Source: Hyaloraphidium curvatum SAG 235-1
Lineage: Eukaryota > Fungi > Monoblepharomycota
Assembly: GCA_025558095.1 (NCBI GenBank)
Contig: JAIVFI010000024.1
Span: 372,001 to 436,000 of the forward strand
Reading direction: 5' to 3'
Length of the DNA: 64,000 nucleotides
The translations under genes and the position numbers were made by a program. Each line of letters begins with the position of its first letter. The stretch's first letter is position 1. Below the pieces are notes generated by a model. That model was given only the letters and a program-made list of their open reading frames with translations. It ran no database searches and was not told where the DNA came from. Positions 63,651 through 64,000 of the stretch are shown here, one piece after another.

Positions 63651-64000
63651 ATGGCCCTCCGGCTGCTCGCCGGCGCCGCCGTCCTCGCGCACCTCGCGTT
63701 GGGCGCGCAGGCGTTCTACCTGCCTGGTGGGCCCCCGACTCACCCGCGACACACACACACGCTGACCCGCTCCAGGCGTGGCGCCGCGCGACTACAAGCG
63801 CGGCGACAAGGTCGACGTGTGGGTAAACGCCTACTCGTCGCCAGACACGGTCATCCCCTACGACTACTACTTCGAAAAGTTCCACATGTGCCCGCCGGAG
63901 GGCGGCCAGCGGGGCAAGGGCGAGTCGCTGGGCTCGATTTTGTTCGGGGACAGGCTGTACGACTCGCGCTTCGACCTGCGCATGTCGGAAAACACAACCT
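63651..64000 (+). CDS. EMP70: TM9SF/Emp70 endomembrane protein (3'-partial)
   Basis: Signal peptide, AFYLPG|VAPRDY, IPYDYY, GESLGSILFGDRL. Confidence 0.93.
   Translation, partial: MALRLLAGAAVLAHLALGAQAFYLPGGPPTHPRHTHTLTRSRRGAARLQARRQGRRVGKRLLVARHGHPLRLLLRKVPHVPAGGRPAGQGRVAGLDFVRGQAVRLALRPAHVGKHN

Overview
Gene-dense, GC-rich eukaryotic DNA with many short (about 45-100 nt) GT-AG introns. The gene content (CstF-50, MUTYH, WRAP73, white collar-2-like, chitin deacetylase, Pcl cyclin) points to an early-diverging, chytrid-like fungus; this is an inference. About 34 mostly housekeeping genes are recognisable. The notable region is the histone locus at about 31.6-38.6 kb. It has a divergent, intron-containing H2B/H2A pair whose otherwise unrelated 3' UTRs share an identical 24-nt element (CCGGCGTATCTAAACGCCACCACC) 44-45 nt after each stop codon. 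The element has the size and GG...CC-ACC frame of the metazoan histone mRNA stem-loop, which is not a known feature of fungal histone genes. The locus is flanked by an inverted tail-to-tail H2B/H2A fragment duplication, an intron-containing MscL channel gene and an orphan copy of the histone promoter. Other candidates are an intergenic H/ACA snoRNA, a DM9 + R-SNARE fusion protein and a KGG stress protein built by exon-intron duplication. All exon structures and family calls were read by eye; no database search was run.
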